Source: Candidatus Sericytochromatia bacterium
Lineage (GTDB): Bacteria; Cyanobacteriota; Sericytochromatia; S15B-MN24; VGJW01
Direction of reading: 5' to 3'
Assembly: GCA_035285865.1 (NCBI GenBank)
Contig: JAYKHS010000027.1
Span: forward strand, 11,229-75,228
DNA length: 64,000 bases
In this document: piece after piece, positions 1-13,107 of the stretch
Position numbering within the stretch: the first letter of the stretch is position 1
How the letters are laid out: every line of letters starts with the position of its first letter
Translations under genes and position numbers: made by a program
Notes under the pieces: generated by a model
What the model saw: only the letters and a program-made list of their open reading frames with translations
Database searches by the model: none
Told to the model about the DNA's origin: nothing

Positions 1-688
1 TACCCCCGAGGGAAACGGCGAAGGCCCCACGTCGGCGGAGTTCTTCCCGCTCCTCGGGGGTCCAGCCACCCTCGGGTCCCACGCAGAGCACCACGCCAAC
101 AGCCGAATTGACCCGTTCGGCCCAGGCCTGGAGACCCGCACCCTCGGGCGACGCGGTCTCGTCGGCCAGCAGCAGGCACCATCCATCGGGTACGGCCAAC
201 CGGTCCAGCGTGACGGGGTTCCGCAGCTCCATCAGGACGGCGCGCTCGCACTGCTCCGTCGCCTCGGCCACCAGGCGGGCCCAGCGCTGACGCTTGGCAC
301 CCTCCTGACCGGGACGAACCTGGCCGCGCGCCGTGATCAGCGGCTGCAGGACAGGCAGGCCCAACTCGACGACCTTCTCGAGCAACCACTCCTGCCGATC
401 ACCCTTGATGACGGCGCAGGCCAACACGGCGGGCCTCTGCCACTCAGGGGCGCTATCGGCTGCCGCCACCACCTCGACCACAACCTCCTTGTGGGTCGCG
501 GAGCGAATCACCGACTGCCACGCGGAACCAGCTCCATCGACCAGCACCAGGCCTTCCTCAGGGCCCATCCTCAAGACCCGGCCGATCTGGTGTGCGCGTT
601 CGGCACCCAGCACCACCCGCGCACCCGGACCGTCGATGGGCTGGACCTCGAGAAATCGCGGCAGCGGCCGGCGGGCGCCCCGGCTCAA
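1..688 (-). CDS. rsmE: 16S rRNA m3U1498 methyltransferase RsmE (3' end outside window)
   Basis: Read manually on the minus strand: TTG start at 688 overlapping the upstream TGA; contains HQIGRVLRM and the SPOUT motif VVLCVGPEGGWTPEE...AVSLGG. Confidence 0.9.
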   Translation of the reverse strand, partial: MSRGARRPLPRFLEVQPIDGPGARVVLGAERAHQIGRVLRMGPEEGLVLVDGAGSAWQSVIRSATHKEVVVEVVAAADSAPEWQRPAVLACAVIKGDRQEWLLEKVVELGLPVLQPLITARGQVRPGQEGAKRQRWARLVAEATEQCERAVLMELRNPVTLDRLAVPDGWCLLLADETASPEGAGLQAWAERVNSAVGVVLCVGPEGGWTPEEREELRRRGAFAVSLGG

Positions 689-2034
689 CGTCCGAGCACC
701 GCCGGGTTGAGCATGCCCGTGCCCGGCTTGGGGGCACTCTTGAGACGCGTCACCGTCACGCCGCCCGCACGCAGCAGATCCACTTCACCGTGGCCCTCGA
801 CCAGCACGACGGGTGCCAGCAGGTTCTTGCGGTTGACCCGCGTGACGCGACCATGCATCCCGTTGGAAAGCACCACTTCGGCATTCACGGGGTACGGGAC
901 GATGTATTTCAGGAAGGCTTTGACAATGCGGGCATCGAAGTGGGAGCCGGTGCCGTTGACGATGGTCTGGTAGACCAGGTCGGGCGGCAGGCCCTTCTTG
1001 TAGCAACGATCCGAAATCAAGGCATCGTAAAAGTCGACGATCGAGACGACTTGGCTCATCTCGGCGATCTGGTCGCCCTTGAGCCCCATGGGGTAGCCCT
1101 TGCCGTTGATCTTCTCGTGATGCTGGAACGCGCAGTTCTTGATGTCGTTGTTGGCCCACTGGTAGCTGCCGAGAATCATGATGCCGTTGGCCGGGTGCGT
1201 CGCCATGATGCGGAACTCTTCTTCCGTCAACTTGCTGGGCTTGTTCAGGATTTCTTCGGGCACCAGCGTCTTGCCGATATCGTGCAGCAGGGCCCCGATA
1301 CCCAGCATCCGGAGCTTCTCGAGCGGATACTTCATCGCAGTGCCCACGACGAGCGCCAGGCTCATGACGTTGGCCGAGTGCGTGTAGGTGTATTCGTCGT
1401 AAATCCGCAGGTCCACCAGGTTCTGGATGAGTTCGGGTTCCTCGACGATGCGGCGGATGGTTGTCTGGACGGCCTGATCCACGCTGCCGATGTCGATGCG
1501 CGAGGCGTGTCTGACCTGCTGGGTGATGGTCTTGACGACCGAAAGGTTACGCTGGAGCACCTCCTCGCGGATGCGCTGGGGCAGGCGCAGGGGCGTCGGC
1601 AACTTCATCCATGAGGGCATCGCCGGCTGCCCCTCGCCACGACCACGCACCTGAGCGACAGGGGGAGCCCCGATCGCCCGCGGGGCCACGGGTGGACGGC
1701 CAGCCGTGCGGGGCAGTCCCGCCGGGCGCGCGGAGGGGGGTGCGGGCACCACGGGCGTCGGGGGTACCGGACCTCTGCCCACCATGGGCGGCAAGGCATC
1801 GGGCCTGCGCGGCGATGTGGCCGATGCCTCGGGAGCAGGCTTCCGAACCGTGGGGGCCCCGGCGAGGTCCATGACCCGGATGCCCTCGATGTCCATCTTG
1901 CGCAGCAGGGCAAGGTGGCGCTCCGTCAACGTCGTGCCGATGTTCCAGACCATCTGCAGCGTGGCAGGATGGAAGACAGGCTCAGCCAACACCATGCCGG
2001 GCTGCAGATCGTGGACGGGCGTGCGGTTGTCCAT
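685..2034 (-). CDS. HD-GYP domain cyclic-dinucleotide phosphodiesterase with Pro-rich linker
   Basis: DEYTYTHSANV, LLHDIGK, HHEKINGKGYP and VDFYDALISDRCYK motifs. Confidence 0.9.
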   Translation of the reverse strand: MDNRTPVHDLQPGMVLAEPVFHPATLQMVWNIGTTLTERHLALLRKMDIEGIRVMDLAGAPTVRKPAPEASATSPRRPDALPPMVGRGPVPPTPVVPAPPSARPAGLPRTAGRPPVAPRAIGAPPVAQVRGRGEGQPAMPSWMKLPTPLRLPQRIREEVLQRNLSVVKTITQQVRHASRIDIGSVDQAVQTTIRRIVEEPELIQNLVDLRIYDEYTYTHSANVMSLALVVGTAMKYPLEKLRMLGIGALLHDIGKTLVPEEILNKPSKLTEEEFRIMATHPANGIMILGSYQWANNDIKNCAFQHHEKINGKGYPMGLKGDQIAEMSQVVSIVDFYDALISDRCYKKGLPPDLVYQTIVNGTGSHFDARIVKAFLKYIVPYPVNAEVVLSNGMHGRVTRVNRKNLLAPVVLVEGHGEVDLLRAGGVTVTRLKSAPKPGTGMLNPAVLGR

Positions 2035-2042
2035 GTCGCCCC

Positions 2043-3614
2043 TCAGCGCACCAGGGGTTCGCGCTCAGCCGGATCGGTCCACCGCATGAAACCGGCAAGG
2101 CCGGGATCCGCCCCCGCCACGGCCACGCCCAGCGCATGAGAAACCGCACGATAGGCGTCGTGGCCCTTCAAGCCCGTCCGCAACTGGACCACATACTGGG
2201 CCTGGGCCCAGTCCATCCGGAACAGCGTCCGGGTGCGCTGGGCGAAGGGCAGGGCGTAAACACCCATGCCGGGCGCGCGGCGCTCGATGGCGCGCGCCTC
2301 CTCGGCTGCCCGACCGGCAGCCTTGCGGATCCGGCCGATGTTCTCGGGGTCGGCGACGTGCACCGGCACGCAGGCTCCGGCGTCGAGGTCCGGGGGTGGC
2401 ACCAGATGCTCCCCGCGTCGATGGCGATGCATGTCGCGGAAACTGCCCCAATCCAGCGTCAGTTCGGCAACGTAGCGCTGCCCCACGCGCAGTTCGCGGG
2501 GCCAATCGTCATGGTTGCCACGATCGGCCAGGAGCTCGGCGAGCAGTTCCTTGCGGCGGCCAGCCCCGAGTCCTCTGGCCCAGGCAAGGACCTGGCGGTA
2601 GGAGCGACCGGGCACGGCCGCGTAGACGAGAGAGGCAAGGGCCTCTTCGTCGGCCTCGTGAGGCGGCAGCAAGTCAACCTCACCGGCAGCGCCCGCCGCC
2701 ACGGCGAGACCGTTCTCACGCCAAGCCGCCGCATCGCCGGCATGTCCCTGCGGGACGGCAGGAGCCGCGCACGCGTCGAGCGCCCGATCAAGGGTGGTGC
2801 ATTCGGCCTGTCCCAACGTCGCGGCGCGCGCACGCACACCGGCAGCCCAGGCGTGCGGGTGTGCATGACGGGCCAACGTAGGCGCCAGGGGCTGCGTGCC
2901 GGCAGCCTCGCCCGTCAATCGCGCCCAGGTGTCGTCCGGGGCCTCCCGGCATGCCTTGGCCAAGGCCTCGGCCAGCTGTCGGCACTCAAGCAGGGTGCTG
3001 GCCGCGAGTCGACCGATCAGGCGCTCGAGGGTGCGGACGCTCAAGACCAGCCCCACCCCAGTCGAGGCGGCCACAGGCAGCAGGTAGCGGGCGACATCGA
3101 AAGCCCGGGCCGCGAGGTTGCGCCCGTAAACATCGGGGGCCATGCCCTCCGGGCGGGGATGCTGGCGCTCAAGCGCGACACGCTCGGCCTCGAAGACCTC
3201 AAGGTAGGCGGCACGCAGACGCTCCCCGGCCGCGCGGACGGCTTCGCGAACCTCGGGGTCCTCAGCCGGGCAGACCAGCGGAACCCGGCTGAAGTCCTGA
3301 TAGCGGGTCGATCGGGCCTGCGCGTCAATCAGGCCGTCATGCAGCACTTCGGCGGCCGCAAGGTCCGAAAGGCCTTCGAGGCAGATGGCCAGATGCCCTA
3401 GGTCCGCGATGGAGGCGTGGCCGTAATCGAAGTAGAACTTCTCCCAGAACCGCTCGGCCGAGTGCGCATGCACCCACGTCAACGAGGCCTCGATGGGATC
3501 GGCCGACCTGCTGTATCGCGCCAAAGCATAGGCCTGCCGCTCCGGCGGAAGCGGTGGCAGAACGACGACGCGCCCCCCCTGGATCAGGGCAGGCGCGTCG
3601 ACGGGACCCGACAT
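2043..3614 (-). CDS. thyX: FAD-dependent thymidylate synthase, tandem ThyX-domain type
   Basis: YALARYSRS, FYFDYGHASIADL, RSTRY, FDVARYLLP in the N-terminal half; FRDMHRHR in the C-terminal half. Confidence 0.8.
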   Translation of the reverse strand: MSGPVDAPALIQGGRVVVLPPLPPERQAYALARYSRSADPIEASLTWVHAHSAERFWEKFYFDYGHASIADLGHLAICLEGLSDLAAAEVLHDGLIDAQARSTRYQDFSRVPLVCPAEDPEVREAVRAAGERLRAAYLEVFEAERVALERQHPRPEGMAPDVYGRNLAARAFDVARYLLPVAASTGVGLVLSVRTLERLIGRLAASTLLECRQLAEALAKACREAPDDTWARLTGEAAGTQPLAPTLARHAHPHAWAAGVRARAATLGQAECTTLDRALDACAAPAVPQGHAGDAAAWRENGLAVAAGAAGEVDLLPPHEADEEALASLVYAAVPGRSYRQVLAWARGLGAGRRKELLAELLADRGNHDDWPRELRVGQRYVAELTLDWGSFRDMHRHRRGEHLVPPPDLDAGACVPVHVADPENIGRIRKAAGRAAEEARAIERRAPGMGVYALPFAQRTRTLFRMDWAQAQYVVQLRTGLKGHDAYRAVSHALGVAVAGADPGLAGFMRWTDPAEREPLVR

Positions 3615-3632
3615 GGTCGCCGAGTTCCCGGA

Positions 3633-3863
3633 CTACTTCTTGGCGGCGACGGCCGTGGCGCCGGGCTTGAGGTTGTACTTCTTCATGAACCGCTCGACCC
3701 GACCCTCGGTGTCGACGATCTTCTGGGTGCCGGTGAAGAAGGGATGGCAAGCGGCGCAGATTTCCACGCGGATATGGCTGCGGGTGGACCCCGTCTCGAA
3801 GACATTGCCACACACGCAGGTCGCGTTGACGGTGTGGTACTCGGGGTGGATGTCAGGCTTCAT
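3633..3863 (-). CDS. rpmE: 50S ribosomal protein L31 (Zn-binding CxC/CxxC type)
   Basis: [10 protein letters not shown]...CVCGN...[12 protein letters not shown]...[10 protein letters not shown]. Confidence 0.97.
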   Translation of the reverse strand: MKPDIHPEYHTVNATCVCGNVFETGSTRSHIRVEICAACHPFFTGTQKIVDTEGRVERFMKKYNLKPGATAVAAKK

Positions 3864-3958
3864 GTAGACGCTCCAGCAAAAGGCACAGGAAGCCTCATCA
3901 TAGCCGGAGGAACGGGCAGCGGTCAACGGACCCCGGGGGCGATGGTAGGATGGGGGTC

Positions 3959-6598
<2,640 letters not shown>

Positions 6599-6610
6599 GC
6601 CATCGACACC

Positions 6611-7748
6611 ATGGGCTTTCCCGAATTCCGCAACGATCTCGTCTCCCTCCAGCAACGCATCGGCGAAGCCAGGAGGCATCTTTGACCCGGACCAACTGAG
6701 CAAGCGCGTCGCGCAACTCGAGGCCCAGGCATCGGACCCCGACTTCTGGAACGACTCCCGCACGGCCCAAGCCACGATGCAGGAACTGACGAACATGCGT
6801 CAGCAACTGGACCGGCTGCTGGGCTGGGAGCGCCTTGCGGATGACACGCACGTCCTGATCGAGATGGGCCAAGAAGCCGGAGATGACACGGTCCTGCCCG
6901 AGATCGAGGCCGGCGTAGCCAAACTGCGCGAAGGCCTCGACGCCTGGGAGGTCGAGCAACTGCTGGGTGGGGACTACGACAACCAGCCGGCCATCCTCGA
7001 GATCAGCGCAGGAGCCGGCGGCACCGACGCCCAGGACTGGGCCGAGATGCTTTTGCGCATGTACACCCGCTGGGCCGAGCGCAGCGGCTACAAGGTCGAA
7101 CTGCTCGACATGTCGCCGGGCGACGAAGCAGGCATCAAATCGGCCACGCTGACGGTGTCGGGCGCAGCCTACCCCTACGGCCGCCTGGCCGCGGAGAAGG
7201 GCGTCCACCGACTCGTCCGCATTTCGCCGTTCAATGCCCAGGCCAAGCGCCAGACGGCCTTCGCCCGGGTGGCGGTCACGCCCGAGATCCCCGAAAGCGA
7301 GCCCGTCGACATCAACCCCGTCGAGCTGCGCATCGACACCTACCGGTCCGGTGGCGCGGGCGGTCAGAACGTCAACAAGGTCGAGACGGCCGTCCGCATC
7401 ACGCACCTGCCGACGGGGATCGTCGTGGCATGCCAGAACGAGCGTTCCCAGCACCAGAACCGCGAGACAGCGATGCGCATCGTCAAGGCCAAGCTGCTCG
7501 AACGGCAGCGCGAGGAACACGAACAGAAGGTTGCGGGCCTCAAGGGCGCCCATACCGATGCGGCATGGGGCAACCAGATCCGCAGCTACGTGCTTCACCC
7601 CTACTCGATGGTCAAGGATCACCGGACGGGCTGCGAGACCGGCAACCCGGGACAGGTCCTGGACGGAGAGATCAACGACTTCATTGAGGCCTACCTGCGT
7701 GCCAAGGCCTCAGGCGACTGGCAGGACGCCGTCGCGCTTGAGGAGTAG
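6611..7748 (+). CDS. prfB: Peptide chain release factor 2, expressed via programmed +1 frameshift
   Basis: 24-codon ORF from ATG 6611 ends AGG AGG CAT CTT TGA C; the +1 frame continues DPDQL...DPDFWND and contains the SPF and GAGGQ motifs. Confidence 0.97.
6671..6686 (+). promoter_or_regulatory. RF2 autoregulatory +1 frameshift cassette (internal SD + CTT TGA C)
   Basis: AGGAGG at 6671-6676, 3-nt spacer, CTTTGAC at 6680-6686; canonical prfB arrangement. Confidence 0.95.
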
Positions 7749-7758
7749 GGTCGCCACC

Positions 7759-8778
7759 GTGTTCACGCCACAGAGCCTCGCCACCGTTCTGGACCGCATC
7801 GCGGGCACGCGGGTCATGGTCCTCGGAGATCCCATCGCCGACGAGTTCCTGGAAGGCCGCATCGATCGCATCAGCCGCGAGGCGCCGGTCCTGATCCTGC
7901 GCCACGCGCGGACGCGGCTCGTGCCGGGAGGCGCCGCCAACGCCGCGGCCAATATCGCGGCCTTGGCCGGCAAGGCCGAGATGGTCGGCGTGGTTGGTCA
8001 GGACGGCACGGGCGAGGGCCTTCGTGCCGAGTTGGACCGACTTGGCGTCGGAACCTCGGGCCTCGTGGTCGCGGACGACCGCCCCACCGTCACCAAGACG
8101 CGCATCTCGGCGACCTCCAACCAGTCCGTAACCCAGCAGATCGTGCGGGTCGACCGCCAGTCCGACGCTCCGCTGCCCGCCTCGATCTCAGGCGGCTTGC
8201 TGGAAGCCTACGCCCGCCTGCTGCCCGGTGTCGATGCCGTGCTGCTCTCCGAATACGGCAACGGCGTCCTCGCCCCCGAGATTCGCGAGCAGGCCCTCGC
8301 CTTGGCCAAGGCCGCCGGCAAGCCTGTCGTGGTGGATGCGCAAGGCGAACTGGCCCCCTACAAGGGTGTTGCGGCACTGACGCCTAACCAGCCCGAAGCC
8401 GAGGCCGTGGTCGGATTCGCCATCAAGGACGACGCCAGCCTGCAACGCGCCGGAGACCGCCTGCTGGCCGAGACGGACGCAGAGGCCGTCCTCATTACCC
8501 GCGGCGCGCTGGGCATCGCACTGTTCGAGCGCGGGCACCCCAGGGTCGACATCCCGGCCTTCAACCGCTCCGAGGTTTTCGACGTGACGGGGGCCGGCGA
8601 CACGGTGGTCGGCACGCTGACGCTCGCACGGGCCTCGGGCGCGACCTGGCGCGAAGCCACCATCCTCGCCAACCTTGCCGCCTCCCAGGTGGTCCGTCGC
8701 TTCGGCACGGCCACCACGTCCCCCGGGGAGCTGCTCGCTGCGCTGGGCTGGGCCGAAGGTCTGGAGGACCTCGCGTGA
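7759..8778 (+). CDS. rfaE1: D-glycero-D-manno-heptose-7-phosphate kinase (HldE N-terminal, PfkB family)
   Basis: [39 protein letters not shown] start at 7759. Confidence 0.9.
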   Translation: MFTPQSLATVLDRIAGTRVMVLGDPIADEFLEGRIDRISREAPVLILRHARTRLVPGGAANAAANIAALAGKAEMVGVVGQDGTGEGLRAELDRLGVGTSGLVVADDRPTVTKTRISATSNQSVTQQIVRVDRQSDAPLPASISGGLLEAYARLLPGVDAVLLSEYGNGVLAPEIREQALALAKAAGKPVVVDAQGELAPYKGVAALTPNQPEAEAVVGFAIKDDASLQRAGDRLLAETDAEAVLITRGALGIALFERGHPRVDIPAFNRSEVFDVTGAGDTVVGTLTLARASGATWREATILANLAASQVVRRFGTATTSPGELLAALGWAEGLEDLA

Positions 8779-9284
8779 TCGCCACCGACCTGGATGCGGC
8801 CAGGCGCCAGGTGGCGGTTTGGCGCGCGGCCGGTGACACCATCGTCTTCACCAACGGCTGCTTCGACATCCTGCACGCGGGCCACGTCCGCTACCTGAAC
8901 GCGGCGCGCGCCCTCGGCAATCGCCTTGTCGTGGGCCTCAACAGCGACGAGAGCGTCCGGGGCCTCAAGGGCCCCGAGCGCCCAATCAACCCGGAAACCG
9001 ACAGGGCCGAGGTCCTCGATGGCCTGCGCGCCGTCGATCTGGTCGTGACCTTCGCGACGGCGACGGCCACACCTGTCATAGAGGCCCTGTGCCCGCACGT
9101 CTACGCCAAGGGCGGCGACTACCGTCCCGAAACCTTGCCCGAGACCCCTGCGGTCCATGCCGGTGGCGGGCGCATCGCGCTGCTGCCGTTCCTCGAGGGC
9201 CGCTCGACCACGGGCCTGGTCCAACGCCTCGCCGCCTCGCCTGCCGTCTCCCGAACGACAGACGTCCCATCGCCCACGGAGTAG
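8775..9284 (+). CDS. rfaE2: Heptose-1-phosphate adenylyltransferase (HldE C-terminal domain)
   Basis: [40 protein letters not shown]. Confidence 0.93.
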   Translation: MIATDLDAARRQVAVWRAAGDTIVFTNGCFDILHAGHVRYLNAARALGNRLVVGLNSDESVRGLKGPERPINPETDRAEVLDGLRAVDLVVTFATATATPVIEALCPHVYAKGGDYRPETLPETPAVHAGGGRIALLPFLEGRSTTGLVQRLAASPAVSRTTDVPSPTE

Positions 9285-9289
9285 TTGCC

Positions 9290-9808
9290 ATGTCCGAGAA
9301 CGCACCCCGCACCCGCCTGAATCCGCTCGACCTTACGGTCCTCGCCGTTCTGTTCGTCGCCCTGGGCGCCTTCGGGGCGGCCAAGGCCGGCAAGACCGGC
9401 ATCGCCGCGAAGGTCCGCGGCGAGACCATCGTCGAGATCGACTGCTTCATCCGCGGCTCCGTGGCGCATCCCGAGCGTCTGCTCAAGCCCGGCGACAAGA
9501 CCTTCATCACGCTGCGCAACGTGCCCTACAGCGCCGTCATGGTCTCGGCGGTGCAGGCCCGCCCCAAGGGCACGTCCGTCCCCTCGGCGGACGGACGCCG
9601 CGTCGTGTCGCTGCCCGATCCTTCCGAGCCCTTCGGCAAGGACATCGTGGTCACCATCCGCGAGAAGGCCATGCTGACGGATGACGGCGTCGTCTTCGGG
9701 GACAGCAAGGTCAAGGTCGGGACGCCCATCGAGATCGAGGGATTCGCCTATCGCCTGCGCGGCTCGATCGTAGATGTCCGCACCACGGGGGCCGCGGCGC
9801 AGCCGTGA
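9290..9808 (+). CDS. DUF4330-like membrane-anchored protein
   Basis: N-terminal NPLDL followed by a TM helix; C-terminal KVKVGTPIEIEGFAYRLRGSIVDV resembles my recollection of DUF4330. Confidence 0.6.
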   Translation: MSENAPRTRLNPLDLTVLAVLFVALGAFGAAKAGKTGIAAKVRGETIVEIDCFIRGSVAHPERLLKPGDKTFITLRNVPYSAVMVSAVQARPKGTSVPSADGRRVVSLPDPSEPFGKDIVVTIREKAMLTDDGVVFGDSKVKVGTPIEIEGFAYRLRGSIVDVRTTGAAAQP

Positions 9809-11133
9809 CGGACGCTCCGGCCATGGGCGTGCTTGCCGGCCTCGCCGAGCGGGTGCGCGACCGGCACGAACAACTCGTCGGACCCTGGGTCCCGACTTCG
9901 TGGATTGCCCGGCATGCCCCCGAGGTCACGCTTGGCGGCGCCAGCCTGCTGTTGCTGGCGTCCCCGTGGGTCAGCACCGGCACGAACGCAGCCCTCGTGC
10001 TGCTTCTGGCCCTGCTGGGCGGCTGCTGGGTGCTGGCAAGGCCCGGTGAAGTCTTCCCGCGCTCGGCGCTTGCGTGGCCTGTCGGCCTCTTCTTCGCCGC
10101 GTTGCTCGTCGCGACGCTGGGCTCCCCCTTCCTCGCGGCGTCCGTGAAGGGCCTCGCCAAGTTCGCCATCTACGGCCTCGCCTACATGGTCTTCCGCCGC
10201 GTCATGGCCCATGACCCCGGTGCCCGAGGGTTACTGGCCGTGGCGATGGTCGTGGCTGCTCTTGCCGAGGCGGCTTTCGGGCTCTACCAGTTCAAGATCA
10301 AGGTAGCCCCTTTGGCGACCTGGGAGGATGCCGAGTCCGAGTTGCACCTGACGCGGGTATACGGCAGCCTACGGAACCCCAACTTGATGGGGGCCTACCT
10401 CGCCGTGACGTGGCCTGCCGCCTTCGCCCTTGCTCTCGCTGCCCGCGGCCTGCCTCGCGTGATTGGCTGGACGACACTCCTCGCCATCCCGGCCTGCCTG
10501 TACGTGACCTACTCGCGCGGGGCCTACCTCGCACTCGCAAGCGAAGCCACCATCCTGGGAGGCGCGTGGCTGCTGGCCAACAGACGCCCGGGCGGTCTGC
10601 CCCGCGCCGTCTGGATCGGTCTCGCACTCGTCGGAACTGCTCTGGCCGGTTGGTTGCTGTGGACCTACGTGCCCACACTGCAGGCGCGCGTTGCGAGCAT
10701 GGTCAACGTCACGGGCGACTCGTCCAACGTGTTCCGCACCAATGTCTGGCGCGCCACGATCGCGCTCATCCGCGACAACTGGTGGCTGGGGGTCGGCATC
10801 GGCAACGATGCCTTCCGGCACGCCTATGCGCTGTACATGATCTCGGGTTTCGAGGCACTGGGAGCCTACAACATCTTCCTCGAATGGTGGGCAGAAGCCG
10901 GTGTCACCGGACTCTGCGCGTTCCTCGCGCTGCTCGTCGCCGTCGTTCGCCGACCGCGCCAGGTGCGTGCGGCGTGGCCCTGGGCGGCAGCCGTCACGGC
11001 AGCCGTCGTGGGCCTGTGCATCCATGGACTCGTTGACACCGTGTTCTTCCGGCCCTCCGTGCAGTTGGCCTTCTGGTGGTGGGTCGCCGTGGCTGCGGCC
11101 TGGCCCGAGCCCTTCGACGAGGTGCGCCCATGA
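9805..11133 (+). CDS. O-antigen ligase family membrane protein (IctB-like)
   Basis: Multiple TM helices; APLATWED, RVYGSLRNPNL, TYSRGA, DSSNVFRTNVW, GVGIGNDAF, ALGAYNIFLE. Confidence 0.8.
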   Translation: MTDAPAMGVLAGLAERVRDRHEQLVGPWVPTSWIARHAPEVTLGGASLLLLASPWVSTGTNAALVLLLALLGGCWVLARPGEVFPRSALAWPVGLFFAALLVATLGSPFLAASVKGLAKFAIYGLAYMVFRRVMAHDPGARGLLAVAMVVAALAEAAFGLYQFKIKVAPLATWEDAESELHLTRVYGSLRNPNLMGAYLAVTWPAAFALALAARGLPRVIGWTTLLAIPACLYVTYSRGAYLALASEATILGGAWLLANRRPGGLPRAVWIGLALVGTALAGWLLWTYVPTLQARVASMVNVTGDSSNVFRTNVWRATIALIRDNWWLGVGIGNDAFRHAYALYMISGFEALGAYNIFLEWWAEAGVTGLCAFLALLVAVVRRPRQVRAAWPWAAAVTAAVVGLCIHGLVDTVFFRPSVQLAFWWWVAVAAAWPEPFDEVRP

Positions 11134-12263
11134 CCGCGGCCATCGACCGGACCTCGGTCCAGCGCATCCTCCTCGTGCAGTTCGGCGGGATTGGCGACGT
11201 CCTGCTGGCGTTCCCGGCCCTGCAGTCCCTGCGTGAAGCCTATCCCCACGCCAGAATCACGCTGCTGGTCGAACCACGCGCCCAGGGCGTGCTGCAGTTC
11301 AACCCCGTCATCGACGAGGTGCTGACCTTCGCTGCCAAGGACGGACCGACCCTCGCCGCATTCTTCCGCCTCGTGGCCGAGTTGCGCGAACGTCGCTTCG
11401 ACCTGGCCATCGCCTCGGGCCGCCGCATGGTCATGCCCTTGCTGTTGCGCCTGACCGGGGCCCGCCTGCGGGGCGGCTATCAGGCCAATGCGCTCAGTTG
11501 GCTGCTGACCCATCCCGTAAAGCTCTACACCGCCCAATACGCCGCAGGCCTCTACCACGACATCGTCACGCCCTTCGTCGACGCCCCGGCACGACTACCG
11601 CAAGTGGTCGTGGCCCCGGACGACCAGACGTGGGCCGACGCGTTCCTGGCCCGCATGGGTCTCGCCGGCATGCCGTTCGTCCTGTTGCATCCCGGGTCCT
11701 CCCGGGTCGCAGTCCAACGCGGCATCCAGAAGACCTGGGATCCCCGCTCGTGGGGGGCACTGGCCCGCCTGCTGCTGGATCAGGGGCATCACGTGGTACT
11801 CGCGGGAGGTCCCGATGACGACATGGCCATCAAGACCATCATGGCCGACCTCGAAAAGCATCCCGCGGCCGCCGAACACCTGCCTGTCGTCGAGACGGCC
11901 CCGCTCGGGAAAGAGGCACCGGGCGCTCGACTGGTGCTCGCCTACGGACACACGCGCAGCCTCGGTCAGTTCGCCGCGATGGTGCGCCGGGCCAGGGCGC
12001 TCGTCGCCGTCGACTCGGCACCGATGCACATCGGCATCGGCACCGGCACGCCGACGGTCGGCCTCTTCGGGCCCACCGACCCGCAGAAGCTGATGCCGGC
12101 CGGCACCATCCACCAAGCCGTGCACGTCCAGGATCTGGCCTGCCGACCCTGCCTGTGGGACCGGCGCCGCACCACGTGCGAGGCCGTGACCTGCATGAAG
12201 TCCCTCTCCCTGGAGCAGGTGGCCGAGGCCACGCTCCGCATCCTGCCTCCATCGACACCATGA
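11130..12263 (+). CDS. Glycosyltransferase family 9 (heptosyltransferase-like)
   Basis: RILLVQFGGIGDVLL, LLHPGSS, VDSAPMHI, GLFGPTDP, CRPC; adjacent to the heptose-pathway genes. Confidence 0.9.
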   Translation: MTAAIDRTSVQRILLVQFGGIGDVLLAFPALQSLREAYPHARITLLVEPRAQGVLQFNPVIDEVLTFAAKDGPTLAAFFRLVAELRERRFDLAIASGRRMVMPLLLRLTGARLRGGYQANALSWLLTHPVKLYTAQYAAGLYHDIVTPFVDAPARLPQVVVAPDDQTWADAFLARMGLAGMPFVLLHPGSSRVAVQRGIQKTWDPRSWGALARLLLDQGHHVVLAGGPDDDMAIKTIMADLEKHPAAAEHLPVVETAPLGKEAPGARLVLAYGHTRSLGQFAAMVRRARALVAVDSAPMHIGIGTGTPTVGLFGPTDPQKLMPAGTIHQAVHVQDLACRPCLWDRRRTTCEAVTCMKSLSLEQVAEATLRILPPSTP

Positions 12264-12739
12264 CCACTCCGAAACCCGATCCTCTGGCCCAGGCGGCCGC
12301 GCATGTCATCCTGCCCTCGAGCGAGGCGGATGCCCGCTATGGCGAGGGTCGTCCCGGCCTGGAGGAGACGCTCGACGAATGGGCCCACCAGGCGAGATAC
12401 AACCTGACGGAGGCCTTCGGCGTGGCGTGGACGGGCTTGTCCGAGGGCACTGCCGAAAACCTCGAGACACTCGCCGACCACTGGCCCGAACGCCCCGATG
12501 ACGAGACACTGGCAGGGATGGCCTTGGAATGGGGCGCTCTGCTCGGTGAAGAACTGCAAGCCGATCTTGGCGGCCACTGGGTCCAGCGTGCGGATGCGAT
12601 GCACCACGCCATCCGCTTTCCCCGGCTGGCGTTGGACTTCCTGCCGATGCACGCCATTCTGGCTCGCTTCATCGTTGGCGACGGAGCCAATCTGCAGGCG
12701 ATCCAGGAAGACATCGTCCACCGATTAACCTCCAATTAA
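12260..12739 (+). CDS. Hypothetical protein
   Basis: ATG overlaps the previous stop (ATGA); plausible acidic protein with a WGALLGEEL...GGHW segment. Confidence 0.65.
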   Translation: MTTPKPDPLAQAAAHVILPSSEADARYGEGRPGLEETLDEWAHQARYNLTEAFGVAWTGLSEGTAENLETLADHWPERPDDETLAGMALEWGALLGEELQADLGGHWVQRADAMHHAIRFPRLALDFLPMHAILARFIVGDGANLQAIQEDIVHRLTSN

Positions 12740-12804
12740 ACAAGTTTTCAGCTTTCCTTGGCCATAACCATGCCAGAACCCCTCTCCACCCCCCGGAGCT
12801 CCAG

Positions 12805-13107
12805 ATGCGCAAGCTGCTGACCTTCGTCGAACCCTCGCTCGGCCTGACCTATCAGGACCTTTACGCCGAACTCGGCGACCACCTGGCCATGCACATCGAG
12901 GACACGATGCGCCGCTTCACACCCGACGAGGCTCCCAACGTGCTTCGCTATCACCGTCGTCAGGTCGAGCGCCGCCTCGAGGCCAGCCGCCTGGCGTCCC
13001 GCCTGGGCGTGGACGTAGCCGTCATCCACGCTTCCTGCACCTCCGAGGGGGCACGTCTCCTGCTCGAAGCCCTCGATGCGCGGGAAGCAGCACGCGCCGA
13101 AGCGTGA
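12805..13107 (+). CDS. Hypothetical protein (100 aa)
   Basis: GGAG upstream, typical GC3 bias, stop overlaps the next start; AT-rich stretch upstream. Confidence 0.65.
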   Translation: MRKLLTFVEPSLGLTYQDLYAELGDHLAMHIEDTMRRFTPDEAPNVLRYHRRQVERRLEASRLASRLGVDVAVIHASCTSEGARLLLEALDAREAARAEA

